DNA of 35,197 nucleotides from NCBI RefSeq assembly GCF_001194135.2, contig NC_068998.1, positions 34,145,693 to 34,180,889 of the forward strand. Reading direction: 5' to 3'. The DNA comes from Octopus bimaculoides (Eukaryota). The number at the start of each line of letters is the position of its first letter. Position 1 is the stretch's first letter. The position numbers and the translations under genes are program-made. This document shows positions 22,960-34,050 of this stretch, piece after piece. The notes beneath the pieces were generated by a model. The model was not told the origin of the DNA, made no database searches, and saw only the letters and a program-made list of their open reading frames with translations.

Positions 22960-23221
22960 TAGTGTCAGTATTAATTTTTTTACTAGGTATATATTACATA
23001 TTGAAAGTATTAATAGTTCAAGTATTAAACTGAAAGTATTATTTCACATTACAATAGACATGTTATTGTTTCACTTTTGACACGTAATACTGAAATAGTA
23101 TAAGAGATAAGAGATTGCTCCAGACTTGCATTAGGCAAGAAGTTGAAAATCGTTTTGGCCCATGACATTGCATGGAGCCTAAGTAAGGCATGATTAAAAT
23201 TTGAATGAAATCAGTTTGGTA
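22960..23221 (+). repeat. 262-bp perfect direct repeat, copy 2 (truncated Helitron-like end plus flank)
   Basis: Identical to 20324-20585. Confidence 0.95.
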
Positions 23222-23286
23222 CCTTCCTAGATTCAAAATCTTTGTTCCTTATCTTATATATACATATACATACATACAGTGACAAG

Positions 23287-23540
23287 GTATGAATATTTTA
23301 GACAGGGAAAATTTACAATTTACAAGAAATAAAATTCACAGTTTATAAAGAATAAAATAATAAAATAGAAGAATAAAGAGTAAAAGTAGTTAGAAGAATA
23401 TATAAGCAGGAGAATATATTTTTCTAACTTTTACTCTTTATTCTTCTATTTTACAACTTTATTCTTCAATTTTGTTACTTATAAACTGTGAATTTTATTC
23501 CTTGTAAACTGTAAATTTTTCCTGTCTAAAATATTCCTAC
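23287..23540. repeat. Long imperfect inverted repeat (foldback, MITE-like)
   Basis: Left arm gaatattttagacagggaaaatttacaatttacaagaaataaaattcacagtttataa..; the right arm reverse complement reads gaatattttagacaggaaaaatttacagtttacaaggaataaaattcacagtttataa... Arms are about 115-125 bp with a spacer of about 10 nt near 23404-23413. Confidence 0.9.
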
Positions 23541-23635
23541 TTTGCTAACCAACCACTTGGGTTATCCCAGAAACAGCTGTAAGACTTCAAATGACTTGAG
23601 ATACTTGTTCTGCCTTGGATTTGGTTTTTCCTTTG

Positions 23636-23650
23636 ATATAATATAATATA

Positions 23651-23716
<66 letters not shown>

Positions 23717-23725
23717 TATATATAT
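23636..23725. repeat. (TA)n microsatellite
   Basis: Directly visible. Confidence 0.95.
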
Positions 23726-23759
23726 GTGTGTGTGAGTGTATGTATTTGCAAACAAATTG

Positions 23760-24480
23760 CAGATACTAGTGCTACTAGTTGAAAGGTGTTCATATACCAG
23801 ACACTACCAGGCTTGTGGAGTCATCAGAAGAGAATGTGCACTATTTTGGGGTTTTCTTCTTGATGGCATTATTGTGCACTAGTCCTTACTGAAATGAGGC
23901 CTCACCTGCTAGATTAACAAGCTACTAATCTTCTCTTAGTATTCTTCTAGCCAATGTTCATCATCTCTTTTAAACCAAATCCAGTCGCTTGCCTTCTCTA
24001 CTGTAGTCTGGATATCACTCATGATAATATTTGTTTTATGTTGAGTTACACCTGATCACAACAACAACCATTGCCTCCTACTGCTTCCAAGGAGTCCTCT
24101 GCATCAAACTTCGATTGGATAATGTTTTGATTTCCAGTCAAAGTCTTCTCATTCCTCAAGGCTATATTCATACCAGTTGATCTTCTGAGCATGAGCAGCA
24201 TCCATGTAATCTTTATGTGGAACCATCCACTCAACTAGTTCACCTTTCTTTTTCTCACACGAGATGATAATATATGGCTCATTCATAACTGGTATGAGGA
24301 AGAATCTTTGGTACCCCAGAAAATCTGCAACCACCTCCCAAAAACAATTCCAGTTTTCATTGTTCATAGCAACTTCATTTTCCAAGCAGATCTACTGTTA
24401 TTGATGTACAAAAGTGATGAGATCTCTGGCTGGTTTCCTCTGTGGTTTCTTACATTAGAGCGATTTGGTTCTTACCAGCA
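23760..24480 (-). mobile_element. HERO-like non-LTR retrotransposon 3' end (RLE domain plus 3' UTR)
   Basis: One frame over 24385-23936: WEVVADFLGYQRFFLIPVMNEPYIIISCEKKKGELVEWMVPHKDYMDAAHAQKINWYEYSLEE*EDFDWKSKHYPIEV*CRGLLGS..EKASDWIWFKRDDEHWLEEY*. It matches the HERO RLE pattern (R/K)PD..VELTVPxE..AH.RK..Y..C..W..PIEVGCRG..ASxWxWxKR. Confidence 0.8.
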
Positions 24481-24521
24481 TTGAAGAAAACATTGAGAAT
24501 TAAATTGTGACTCCAATTATA

Positions 24522-24626
24522 TAAGGTTGAGGAAAAAGTTTGTACGCTGTGTTAAGCATTATTTTAAAAATAATGCCGTGTTAGAATAATGCACAATACA
24601 GCACACAAACTTTTTCTTCAACCTAG
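24522..24626. mobile_element. 105-bp mariner-type MITE
   Basis: TIRs taaggttgaggaaaaagtttgtacgctgt versus ctaggttgaagaaaaagtttgtgtgctgt (24/29), TA on both sides (24520-24521, 24627-24628), internal palindrome gcattattttaaaaataatgc. Confidence 0.75.
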
Positions 24627-25501
24627 TATTAATCCAATGCCGATGAGCAATTGGAAAAGACATATTTTAGTGTTTCTAATTTCCTGCATCTGCATTTACC
24701 ACTCATTCATGCATTACATCACATAAGGTTTGTGTGAGGCAAAAGTTAAAACTTAATAAATTGCAAATTTCAGTTTTACATTTATAATTCTCACCCAATC
24801 GAAATAAAATAATTCATTATGTTTATATTCCAAAATGAACAACCTATGAAATGCACATTGACAAATTTAAACCTTTTTGTTTGTTTGAAACATTTAGCAG
24901 TATGGTACAAGGTACCCAGCAGTCAACTGTTAGGTTGTTTGAATTATTTCAACAAAGATTTTGATTCCTAGAATCAAAAATTCAACTACATGCTATTGTA
25001 AGGAGTTTTGTGAAGGGTGTTGATATACAGTCAGCCAGGAAATTGAGCAACAGACCCATTGTACACACACACACACACACACACAATTGAACAAAGTGGT
25101 TCCTGGATTTAGTTTTGTTTGCTTAAGTAGGTGTTTCCAAGAACTGCATATCACCAGTCATCCTGGTCCCTTGTTAGCTTGTCTATGAGGGTTAAGATCT
25201 CAAGATCTGCCTTCACCACATTGTCTCATGTCTTCCTTGAGCCTCTCTTTTCCACAAGCTTCATCCGCATTAAGAAATCAGTTCCTCTTTAACAGCTATT
25301 CTCAGCCATGCACATTACATACCCATACCAGCACAGTTTTATTTCTAGCTCACAACATCTGATTCCACTTATGCCCAGGTTTTCTTTCAGCACATGTTGT
25401 TCCTGCATTCTTACATTGCACATGTAAAGTAACATACTCACACTCACTTCATTTCCTTCCAGTATTCTTAAGATCTCTGAATTCAAGGCCAATGCCTCAC
25501 T

Positions 25502-25788
25502 CGTCGTTGTCGTCGTCGTTTAACGTCCGCTTTCCATGCTAGCATGGGTTGGACGATTTGACTGAGGACTGGTGAAACCAGATGGCAACACCAGACTCCA
25601 ATCTGATTTGGCAGAGTTTCTACAGCTGGATACCCTTCCTAATGCCAACCACTCAGAGAATGTAGTGGGTGCTTTTACGTGTCACCCGCACGAAGGCCAG
25701 TCAGGCGGTACTGGCAACGGCCACGCTCAAAGTGGTGCATTTCATGTGCCACCCACACAAGAGCCAGTCCAGGGGCACTGGCAACGAT
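25502..25788 (-). mobile_element. Family C element with (GAC)n tail and two ~65-bp internal subrepeats
   Basis: tcgtcgtcgtttaacgtccgctttccatgctagcatgggttggacg..ggatacccttcctaatgccaacc. CpG-rich and well preserved relative to the host RTE. Confidence 0.85.
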
Positions 25789-26046
25789 ATCATGCAATAT
25801 TGCGGTTCTAATACAAGTGTCATGCAATCTGCCCCTGACTGAGTGCAAAACATTTTGTTGCCAGCTGCACCAGAATCTCTCTGAACTTTTTTCAACCTTT
25901 TCTTGCTTTGGTTTCTATGCTTTTGGTCAACCACTTCATCTCCAATTTACCATTCCAAGGTAACAAGATCTGTTGACTATTTCTAGTGAGCTGTTGAGGC
26001 ATTTCACTTTTTCTAAATTCTCTCTTTTTCTAAGAAGTGTAAAAAC

Positions 26047-26128
26047 ATCTGCCCAGTGATTCTCCCTATCGGATTCTCAGGTGGCCTATCTGCCCAGTGA
26101 TTTGCCCTATCAGATTCCCAGATGGCCA
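26047..26128 (+). repeat. 41-bp tandem duplication (2 copies)
   Basis: atctgcccagtgattctccctatcggattctcaggtggcct / atctgcccagtgatttgccctatcagattcccagatggcca. Confidence 0.9.
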
Positions 26129-26366
26129 TTTTTGGGTCTTTCACTTTCCTCAATGGGACATACCAAAGAGAGATAACCCTAGGCAAATTCAAAGCCATTG
26201 CTTTAACAAAAAAACAATCAACATCAGTGACTGAACTATGATATTCAACTGCCTGGTCAAAAGTTATACCTCTTACCATAATAAAGAATTTTTTTCTCCA
26301 TGGTAACTGCAGTGAATTTGCCTTTAGAAGTTAAAATATATGTCACAGACATATTTTACGTAACCT

Positions 26367-26413
<47 letters not shown>

Positions 26414-26514
26414 TAAAAGGGTAAAGGTTTATCAATTTATTAATTTATTAATAAATCAACAATTAATAATTTTTACCAAGCCCTTCGGTATGTAACGCAC
26501 ACACACACACCTCA

Positions 26515-26750
26515 TCACCATTATTGGTGTAACGTCCTCTTTTCCATGCTAGCCTGGGTCAGACAAAGTTTATTGACACAGATTTGCAAATTTTCTACAT
26601 TTCGATGCATTTCTTGCCTCCAATTCTCACCTCTTTCCCAGCAAAGTAATGTTTCCCTATGGCCAGACATGGTCTAGCAGGACATTGAAAATGATTGACA
26701 CTGCTGGTATGATAGTGGAATTCATTTACAATTATCCTTTAATGTTACAT
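26515..26750 (-). mobile_element. Degenerate family C-related element
   Basis: taacgtcctcttttccatgctagcctgggtcagac matches the family C 3' end (reverse complement). Confidence 0.55.
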
Positions 26751-26757
26751 TCACACT

Positions 26758-26790
<33 letters not shown>

Positions 26791-26813
26791 CCCCCACACA
26801 CACATACATATAT

Positions 26814-26965
26814 GACAGGCTGCTTTCTGGTTTTGTCGACCAAATTTATTTTCAAGGCTTTGATTAGCCTGGGGATATATACTTGCCCCAGGTGCCATGC
26901 AGTAGGACTGAATCTAAGACCTTGTGACTGCGAAGCAAACTTCTCAACCATGCAGCCACATGTAT
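26814..26965 (-). mobile_element. SINE family A 5' fragment
   Basis: gacaggctgctttctgg..acttgccccaggtgccatgcagtaggactgaa..gcgaagcaaacttctcaaccatgcagcc. Confidence 0.7.
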
Positions 26966-26993
26966 ACATATATGCAAATATACATACATACAT

Positions 26994-28385
26994 GATGAGA
27001 TCTGAGTCATTGATGTGAAAACCCGAAAAATACTAACAAGCACACATAATTATCAGATAAACAGTGAAGTAGACTGCCTCTACCTAAAAGAAAACAAGGT
27101 GGGGACTTAACATCGATCTAAAATGCTTTTGAATGTCACATCATATCCCTTCAACAACATCTTTTAACCATCAAGTGTCGAAGTGCATCCCTTGACCAAG
27201 TTTGCTTACATGAGGCTGATAACATCATAAGACTTGGAAGGCAGCTCTTTGAGCAACACTATTTGACTGATAACCTAGAATACATGCCCAAAGAAGTTGC
27301 ATGACTCTACTGCAATGTATCATCAGATGAAAGGATGGGCCTATATGAGCAGAAGACTATGCATGGATATGTTAGTAGAAAGCTCCGAGATGATTATAAT
27401 ACTGATCATCAAAGCAGTTTATCATGGACCAATAAGCCAGATTACTACCTCCCACTTTGAATGGTATGCGTTTGCAATCCAGGAACAGGAAATATCAACC
27501 AAATACCTGATGCACAAAGGGGATATAGATGCAGGAAAAGCTGTAAAATGTGATAACCGATGCAGACTTTGTGGAGTTAACACCAAAGATATCTCCCACA
27601 TCATAAGCAGTTCTCCGAAAAAGTCATCACTGTGTTATCTGCCGATGAGACACGTTTTTATAGCTAGGACACTCTATAATGAAAACCATTGGAAAGGTAA
27701 CCTTGAGGACAAAGAATTAAGAACCCACAATATGGCAAAAGCCATAGCCACTCATAATAAAAAGGTGTACTGGTGGAATGTCCCAGTGAAGATCTCAATA
27801 AAATGTAAGCACAACAAACCTGATGTAGTGATCTGGAATACAGAAGAGAAACTGTGTACAGTTGTAGAAATTAGCTGCCCAGCAGATGTTAACATAAAAC
27901 TGAAGATCAGTGAAAAAGCGAGTATCTACACTGACTTATTGATAAATCTTCAGTTACTCTATCCAGATTGCAAGTTCAGGTTTATACCTGTAATTATTGG
28001 GGCCCTGGGATATGTAATACACTGCCTAAACACCAGTCTTGAGAAATTAGGCTTCTCAAAACTGGAAAGGTGAAAGCTAATTCAAAGACTACAGATCCAA
28101 TCCATCACTAGAATTGTAAACATCTGTAAAACTTTCTAGAAGTTTATCATTTAAGTATATATGAACATGTCTAGGTATGCAACTATATGCATGAGAAGAC
28201 ATACATAAAACAAAACATATAAATCTGCATACATACATACATACATACATACATGCATACATACATACATACATACATACATACATTCCCTGCTGTTGAC
28301 ATTGAAATTCCAATGAAGGAGCCTTGGATGTAGGTTAGAAACCAGCTCTGTATTGGCAAGAAATCTTGAAATAACTGAACAATGA
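26994..28385 (+). mobile_element. 5'-truncated R4-like non-LTR retrotransposon, second family, associated with (CATA)n
   Basis: VIDVKTRKILTSTHNYQINSEVDCLYLK..GG; FEWYAFAIQEQEISTKYL; CRLCGVNTKDISHIISSSP (CCHC with the last C lost); HNKPDVVIWNTEEKLCTVVEISCPAD..IIGALG; the reading ends at TAA 28152-28154. (CATA)n at 28228-28286. The 3' boundary is either 28227 or about 28385. Confidence 0.87.
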
Positions 28386-28919
28386 CACACATACACACAC
28401 ATACATATATGTGTGCATGTGTTTTATGTATAATTTTATGTATGTATTTAAATATGTGCAGCAAGCATCTTTTACAGTGTTTTTTTCATCTTGGCCATCC
28501 TCATATTTCATAACACACTATCTGTCAAAACATGTATTTATTTTCATATTTACTGAGCCCTCTGCTAAGCACATTAGGCAAAAATATTTCTACATTTGAG
28601 AAATAATAATTTCTACTGATAAAATAATGACCCTTTGCAGTAAGTTGATTTTAAATACCATTTTTTCAATTAATTTTGGAGATTAAGGCTCTCTTGTGAA
28701 ATATTTTAGTGCCATAAATGTCATAAAAGATTTATTGATATTTCAGCTGTATTCATCTTATTCCAGTTTTCATCTCAGTTTTACTAGTCTTTTTAATCTG
28801 TAAACTACTCCTATGATTATCTCTTCCTGTCTTCTACTGATGACAACCTCACACGTTTCATTTTATATGTAGGTCTTTTATGAACACAATTCTGAATGGG
28901 GAGAATTAAGTATATGGAT

Positions 28920-29260
28920 ATTGTGTGTATATACATGAATACATACACATATACACATACACACGTATACCACAGTGAAATAGATTTGTCATTTATAATA
29001 AAATCTGTTTATGTCATATATATATATACACACACGCATACATACATACATATATACATTCATACATCCATAAATACAAACATGCGTGCATACACACATA
29101 AATACATACATACATATAAACATACATACATACATATATACATAAATGCATATATACATACACACATACATAAATACCCAAACACTCATACATACATACA
29201 TGCATGCATACATACATACATACATGCATACATACATACATACGTATTTATATATGTATA
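28920..29260. repeat. Degenerate (CATA)n/(TA)n/(CA)n tract
   Basis: Directly visible. Confidence 0.9.
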
Positions 29261-31869
29261 TGTGAATGTTGAGAAAAACAGATTATATCTTTGAGTGCTT
29301 GTGTCTTGTGCAAATGTGTGTAAAACTTCCAATGAGGGAGTAAATATTTCAGTATATATTTTGATATTGTGAGAAATTACAGAAATATACACACATCAAG
29401 ATTTACATAAAATATAACTGAAATAAATGTTATAAATGAACCAAGAGATCAGACAGCTGACCCCATCTCACTGACCATTTGGCAACATAAAATTACTGCT
29501 TTTAACCTTTTGTTTTGCTTCTTTCTTGTAAAGTACTTCACTCCATTCAGTACTAAAATAGGATTACTGTGTTATCTTTGTACCTCTTTAGTATATTCTT
29601 TCTTATAGATTGTGTGTGTGTGTGTGTGTGTGTGTCCATCCTATAGTGATTTCTATTGTTGGGGATGCAACCTGAAGACTTCATTTTCATGTTGTGTATT
29701 TAGAGCTTGTGAATTTATTGGAGCACTTGCTTTTCCAAACAACAAACTATGATTTGAACTATGAATTGCAGGCAACCAAAACTCTCTTGACATGAAATCA
29801 CATGAACGATATGATCAAACTGCTGATATCAGGAGATTGGTCGTGCTTAAAATACTTACATAACTTAAGTTGAATTAAGCCACTTGAAAGGCTTAAACCT
29901 TGACCATGAATAAAACTCAGCATGGTATCAGGATATAAAACTTTGGACCCTTTAGGTCACAAACTTACTCCTTATCAAATCAGTCAGTTACAGTCATTAT
30001 AAACTTATCTGAACAGAATAATTGTGACTGGTTGCAGTGTGCACTGAAAAGAAATTTAAGCCATACAAGTATAAATGTTAAACTTATAATGATTTCTTCT
30101 TCAAGCCATCTCTAAACCATCAAAACTAATCCTGCAATGACTTAGCAGAAGTTATTCTAATCTAAGATTTCTGACAAGCTGTTTAAGCTGTTTATTTTCA
30201 AGACATCAGGTAGTTAAGTTAGCAAATAATATTTCCCTTCAAAAAAATGGAGAATGAAAAAAATTCCTACAGTCTCAAAGAAAGGGATTGTTTTTCAGAT
30301 TTTCAGTTTTAATGTTTAACTTCTTTATAATTTACTGATAGTCATTAAGTAGGAAGTATACTTTGCAGTTACCTTGCCAAGGAATTGACCAATTCTGCTG
30401 CACTAACATAATCTGTGTATCAAACTAGATATTCTCCATTGCCATGACAAATATAACTGATTATCATCAGTCGTACATGCCTGGAATTCTGATGAGCTTG
30501 TTCAGTTGGATCGACATGTAGAAATATCACTTAAGTGTGGCTCAAACTTTTGCTTGATTTAATTAAGAATTACATAACCAATTGCTTGTCTTCTTATAAT
30601 GAAGAACACAAATACCAAACGTATAATATCAACTACAATGGATCAAGATAAATGTAATTTACTTTGAGTTCTATTCAGTACTATTTGGATTCTTTCCTAA
30701 AAATACATCATGAGGTCAACCATCTTACATTACAAAATATTGATAAATATTATTTGATATCTAATGTAATAACGTTTCTTTCTTCAACTGACAACAATGT
30801 TTTCAGTGTATCAGATGAAGAATTTATTGATTCTGCATGATAGTTTGGCTGATACAGGAAGCAAGTTAAAGAGCTTCAAGCTTTGAGGTATGAGCTAGTA
30901 AAGCAATAAAATAAAGACATGTAGATGTTAGTGAAGTATTGAGGTTTGCCACTTCCAAGATTCAATAGAACAGATTCTACTTCATCTATTACCACATTTA
31001 CTGTCAGAGATAATTCTTAGACTGCTACTTAGTCATTTTGTCACGTCTTCCTGCTCACTTTTTACATAACAACATTTCTGAGATGATTTACTCCAAATAA
31101 TAAACAAAAGAAAAATATGTAACAGGTGAAACAAGCTAAAAAAAAAAAAAGATTCTAATAATTAGTTTTTGTCTTCTGCAAATTCTATTTGCCTGAGAGT
31201 TGTCTACACACACACACACACACACGTGCATGTATAATGTGCATAGACATATGTATAATTTATGTTAAAATACATCAACTGACTAAAACAGTTGCACACA
31301 TTAGCACACATGTAGACAGACACACCATAGAAACAGGTTTCAATTGGTAAAGTTTTGATGAAATGGCAGAACATTCCCAGTATATAAAAGAACAAATCAA
31401 GTACAAGCAAGCAGAAAAGTTTGTTGCCATCATATTTGTGTTTTGTTAGTTTTTATTTTATTGATTTCTTAAGACTTTTCATTTATTACCTTACACCCAC
31501 CTCTTCCTCTTTTAATAATTTCTACATTTATTAAACTAGTCTTAATTATAAAAATAGCTAATTAGAGATGCCCACTAATTTATAAATAATCACATTAATT
31601 GGTGATAAAGCAAAATTATTCAAATAGTGATTTTCTAGATTGTTTGTTTACAAAACAATGCAGACACACCTAAATCTTTTAATATGATAACTGGAAATAT
31701 GTATGTCTGGGCATGTCATTGTCTTTCAGTCATCGTTGTCATAGTCATCATCTTTTTTCATCAATCATATCTTCATCACTTTAACACAATTAACCTTACT
31801 GAACTTTATTTTTATGTCTTTTAAATGTCTTTCATCGTTTCAGCATGTTTTTCTAGACTGGCGTGATTT

Positions 31870-32010
31870 TGAAAGGTCAACAACATATCCTCTTTTCACT
31901 CACCAAGCATCCTTGTTAACTAATCTCTGAAGACCAGCATCATTTATAAATCTTGCCTCACTACTTTCTTCCTATGCATTCTTTGTCTTCCTCTGCTAAC
32001 CATCCTTTCT
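31870..32010 (-). mobile_element. Short RTE-like 3' remnant
   Basis: Minus strand reads RGRQRM..KVVRQDL, resembling the RTE C-terminal GRGRPRKTW..VVRxDL motif. Confidence 0.35.
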
Positions 32011-32471
32011 AGTCTTGGGATAATTTTTTAATCAGTATTCATCATTCATTTAATTAATTTATACATACCAACACAGACGCCTTCATATCTTTAATAGCTA
32101 ACTACTCTCATATTGCTCTGTCTTTCAAGCAAAACAATGTTCAATAGTGAATAGACTGTAGTTGACTTATCTCTCCAAAGCGCATGCGCGCACGTGCACA
32201 CACACACACTCACATTTTGTTATGATGAGAAGTATTATTGCAGAGTCAAATCACACAGTGTCTGATTATTAGCCAAAGTATTGTAAATGTGTATCTATGT
32301 ATGTCAACTTTTTCATCACTTTTCTTCTTTATTTAGCAAATATTTAGAGATGTTTGGATAATTTTTTATGTGCAATCAACAAGCAAATCTCCGTCTTTAA
32401 ATCCATAATATTTATTAAACAGATTATTAATATCAATGCATACAAAATTTTTTGTAGTAATTTTTTCAGTT

Positions 32472-32635
32472 TTTATATTCTAAGTTCAAATCCAGGTTAA
32501 CTTTACCTTGCATCCTTTCATGGTCAATAAGATGAAGTAGACTCAAGTATTGGGGATCAAGTTAATTAATTAACCTCACTCCCCTCAAATGAACTGGTCC
32601 TACACTAGTAATTGTTGTTGTTGTTGTTGTTGTTG
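32472..32635 (+). mobile_element. Degenerate SINE family B 3' part with (TTG)n tail
   Basis: tattctaagttcaaatcc..actttaccttgcatcctttcatggtcaataag, followed by ttgttgttg. Confidence 0.65.
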
Positions 32636-32839
32636 TGGGATTTTATAAACCTACTCAGATGGAACATTCTGTAAAGTGGGTGGTGAGTTAGCAGAGGTGT
32701 GGTATCAAGAGACATCACAACTTCTCCGGCATTAGTGTTATAATAAAATGCATTTAGGAAAGTGACTACCTTTAGGAATGGTATCCAGCTTAGGAAACCA
32801 ATGTTAAAATGAAACATGCAAGTGAGATGTGGTCGTTAA

Positions 32840-33058
32840 CTCTTTAGCATTCACATTATTCTGTCAAAAGCAATGCCTATTTATTTTCATTGTTTTGAAT
32901 TAATTTGCATTATTTTATTGCATTGAGATCTTGGTGGGATAATTGCTAACTTTTTGAATGATATTATAAGGTTGGTGTGAAAGGCTAGATTTGGCCAGTT
33001 TGAACATAAAACAGGTGGAATATTTCGGCAGGATATGACTGGTTTAAATGCTAAAAGG
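32840..33058. mobile_element. 219-bp piggyBac-like MITE
   Basis: TTAA at both ends (32836-32839, 33059-33062). TIRs ctctttagcatt versus ccttttagcatt (10/12). Confidence 0.75.
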
Positions 33059-33459
33059 TTAAAGCATCTAGGTGAGTGGTGTCTCCAAATAAGAAGTGAC
33101 TTAGACTGTGACAACTAACCCTATGCATGTTAGCCTGGAAATTGAATTGAAATCAATGACAATGATGATAAGAGGGATTGATGCCACTGTTGATGATGAT
33201 CACAACCACAATGATGATGGTGATGATATAACCATCACTGCCACCACTGAAAATGGTTCATAATTTCAAAGAGTTTAGTACATTTGACATTACAAGATAT
33301 ATATAAGCTGAACTGGTTCAATTTGAACCGTATATCTATTACCTGTCAATTTCATGGTATTTTCCTAGTTTGAATAGAGCCAGGTAAGTGAACTAATGTA
33401 AAGATAACTGGTGATTAAAACTATTCAAGTATTTAATGTTTGTTTTTTATCTTACTGTC

Positions 33460-34050
33460 GTTGGGGTGTGGTAATGTCAGGATACCATCTTAAAGGGTTT
33501 TAGTCAAACTAATCAACCCCTGTGCTTGTATTTTTAAAGCCTGGTATTTATTTTATCAGTCCTTTTTTGTCAAACCACTAAGTTATGGAGACATAAACAA
33601 ACCAGTACTAGTTGTCAAGTGGTTTTGGTGGTGGGATGAACATAAATGCAAAAACAGTCACACAGATATATATAAGGAAGTGCTGAAAAGTTCCTGGCTT
33701 TAAGAGTATCTTGAAAGGCCTGGTTGGAGGCCCAACCTTCTGAATTCTTTTACAGGGCTTAGAAAAACTGAAGGACTGCTGCAATAAATATGTGAATCTG
33801 AGAGGAGAAAATATTGAATAAAATCATAATTAATTGATACTCCTGTATTTTCTTTAACCCAGAGCCAGGAACATTTCAGTACCCTCTCATATAATATATA
33901 TGACAGGATTCTTTCAGTTTCTGACTACCAAATCCACTTGCAAGGTTTGGGTCAGCCTGGGGCTGCAGTAGAAGATAATTATCTAAGGTTCCATTCAGTA
34001 GAACTGAACCTGGAACAATGTGGTTGGGAAGCAAACTTCTTCACATAATG
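33460..34050 (-). mobile_element. SINE family A interrupted at its internal TA tract by a mariner MITE
   Basis: 3' domain at about 33460-33670; head and body at about 33900-34050 (gacaggattctttcagttt..gggaagcaaacttctt). Confidence 0.72.
33673..33889 (+). mobile_element. 217-bp non-autonomous mariner derivative
   Basis: TIRs taaggaagtgctgaaaagttcctggcttt versus tgagagggtactgaaatgttcctggctct (22/29), TA flanks. The interior retains a transposase C-terminus, LQGLEKLKDCCNKYVNLRGENIE*. Confidence 0.82.

Larger units (their letters stand above)
25130..26150 (-). mobile_element. Degenerate RTE-clade LINE 3' region interrupted by a family C insertion
   Basis: SLEIVNRSCYLG..KKFREILVQLATK..RGRLHDTCIRTAILHD|SEALALNSE..MLLYMCNV..LGISGIRCCELEIKLCWYGYVMCM. 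This is the RTE C-terminal pattern LYxACVRxxMLHGSETW..RLRWYGHVMRM. Confidence 0.8.

Noticed and set aside
26047-26128. 41-bp and 31-bp (34386-34447) direct repeats as CRISPR-like units
   Set aside because: Each has only two adjacent copies with no spacers, in a eukaryotic context. They are ordinary tandem duplications.
30474-30524. Hammerhead-like CTGATGAG..CGACATGT motif enclosed by a tacatg/catgta stem
   Set aside because: The conserved GAAA is missing at the required position, stem II is weak, stem I does not form and the NUH site is absent. At best it is a dead Penelope-type remnant.
30807-30887. 81-nt segment with a good acceptor (ttttcag) and donor (gag/gtatga)
   Set aside because: All three frames contain a stop. 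It could be a non-coding exon, but that cannot be supported without RNA-seq.
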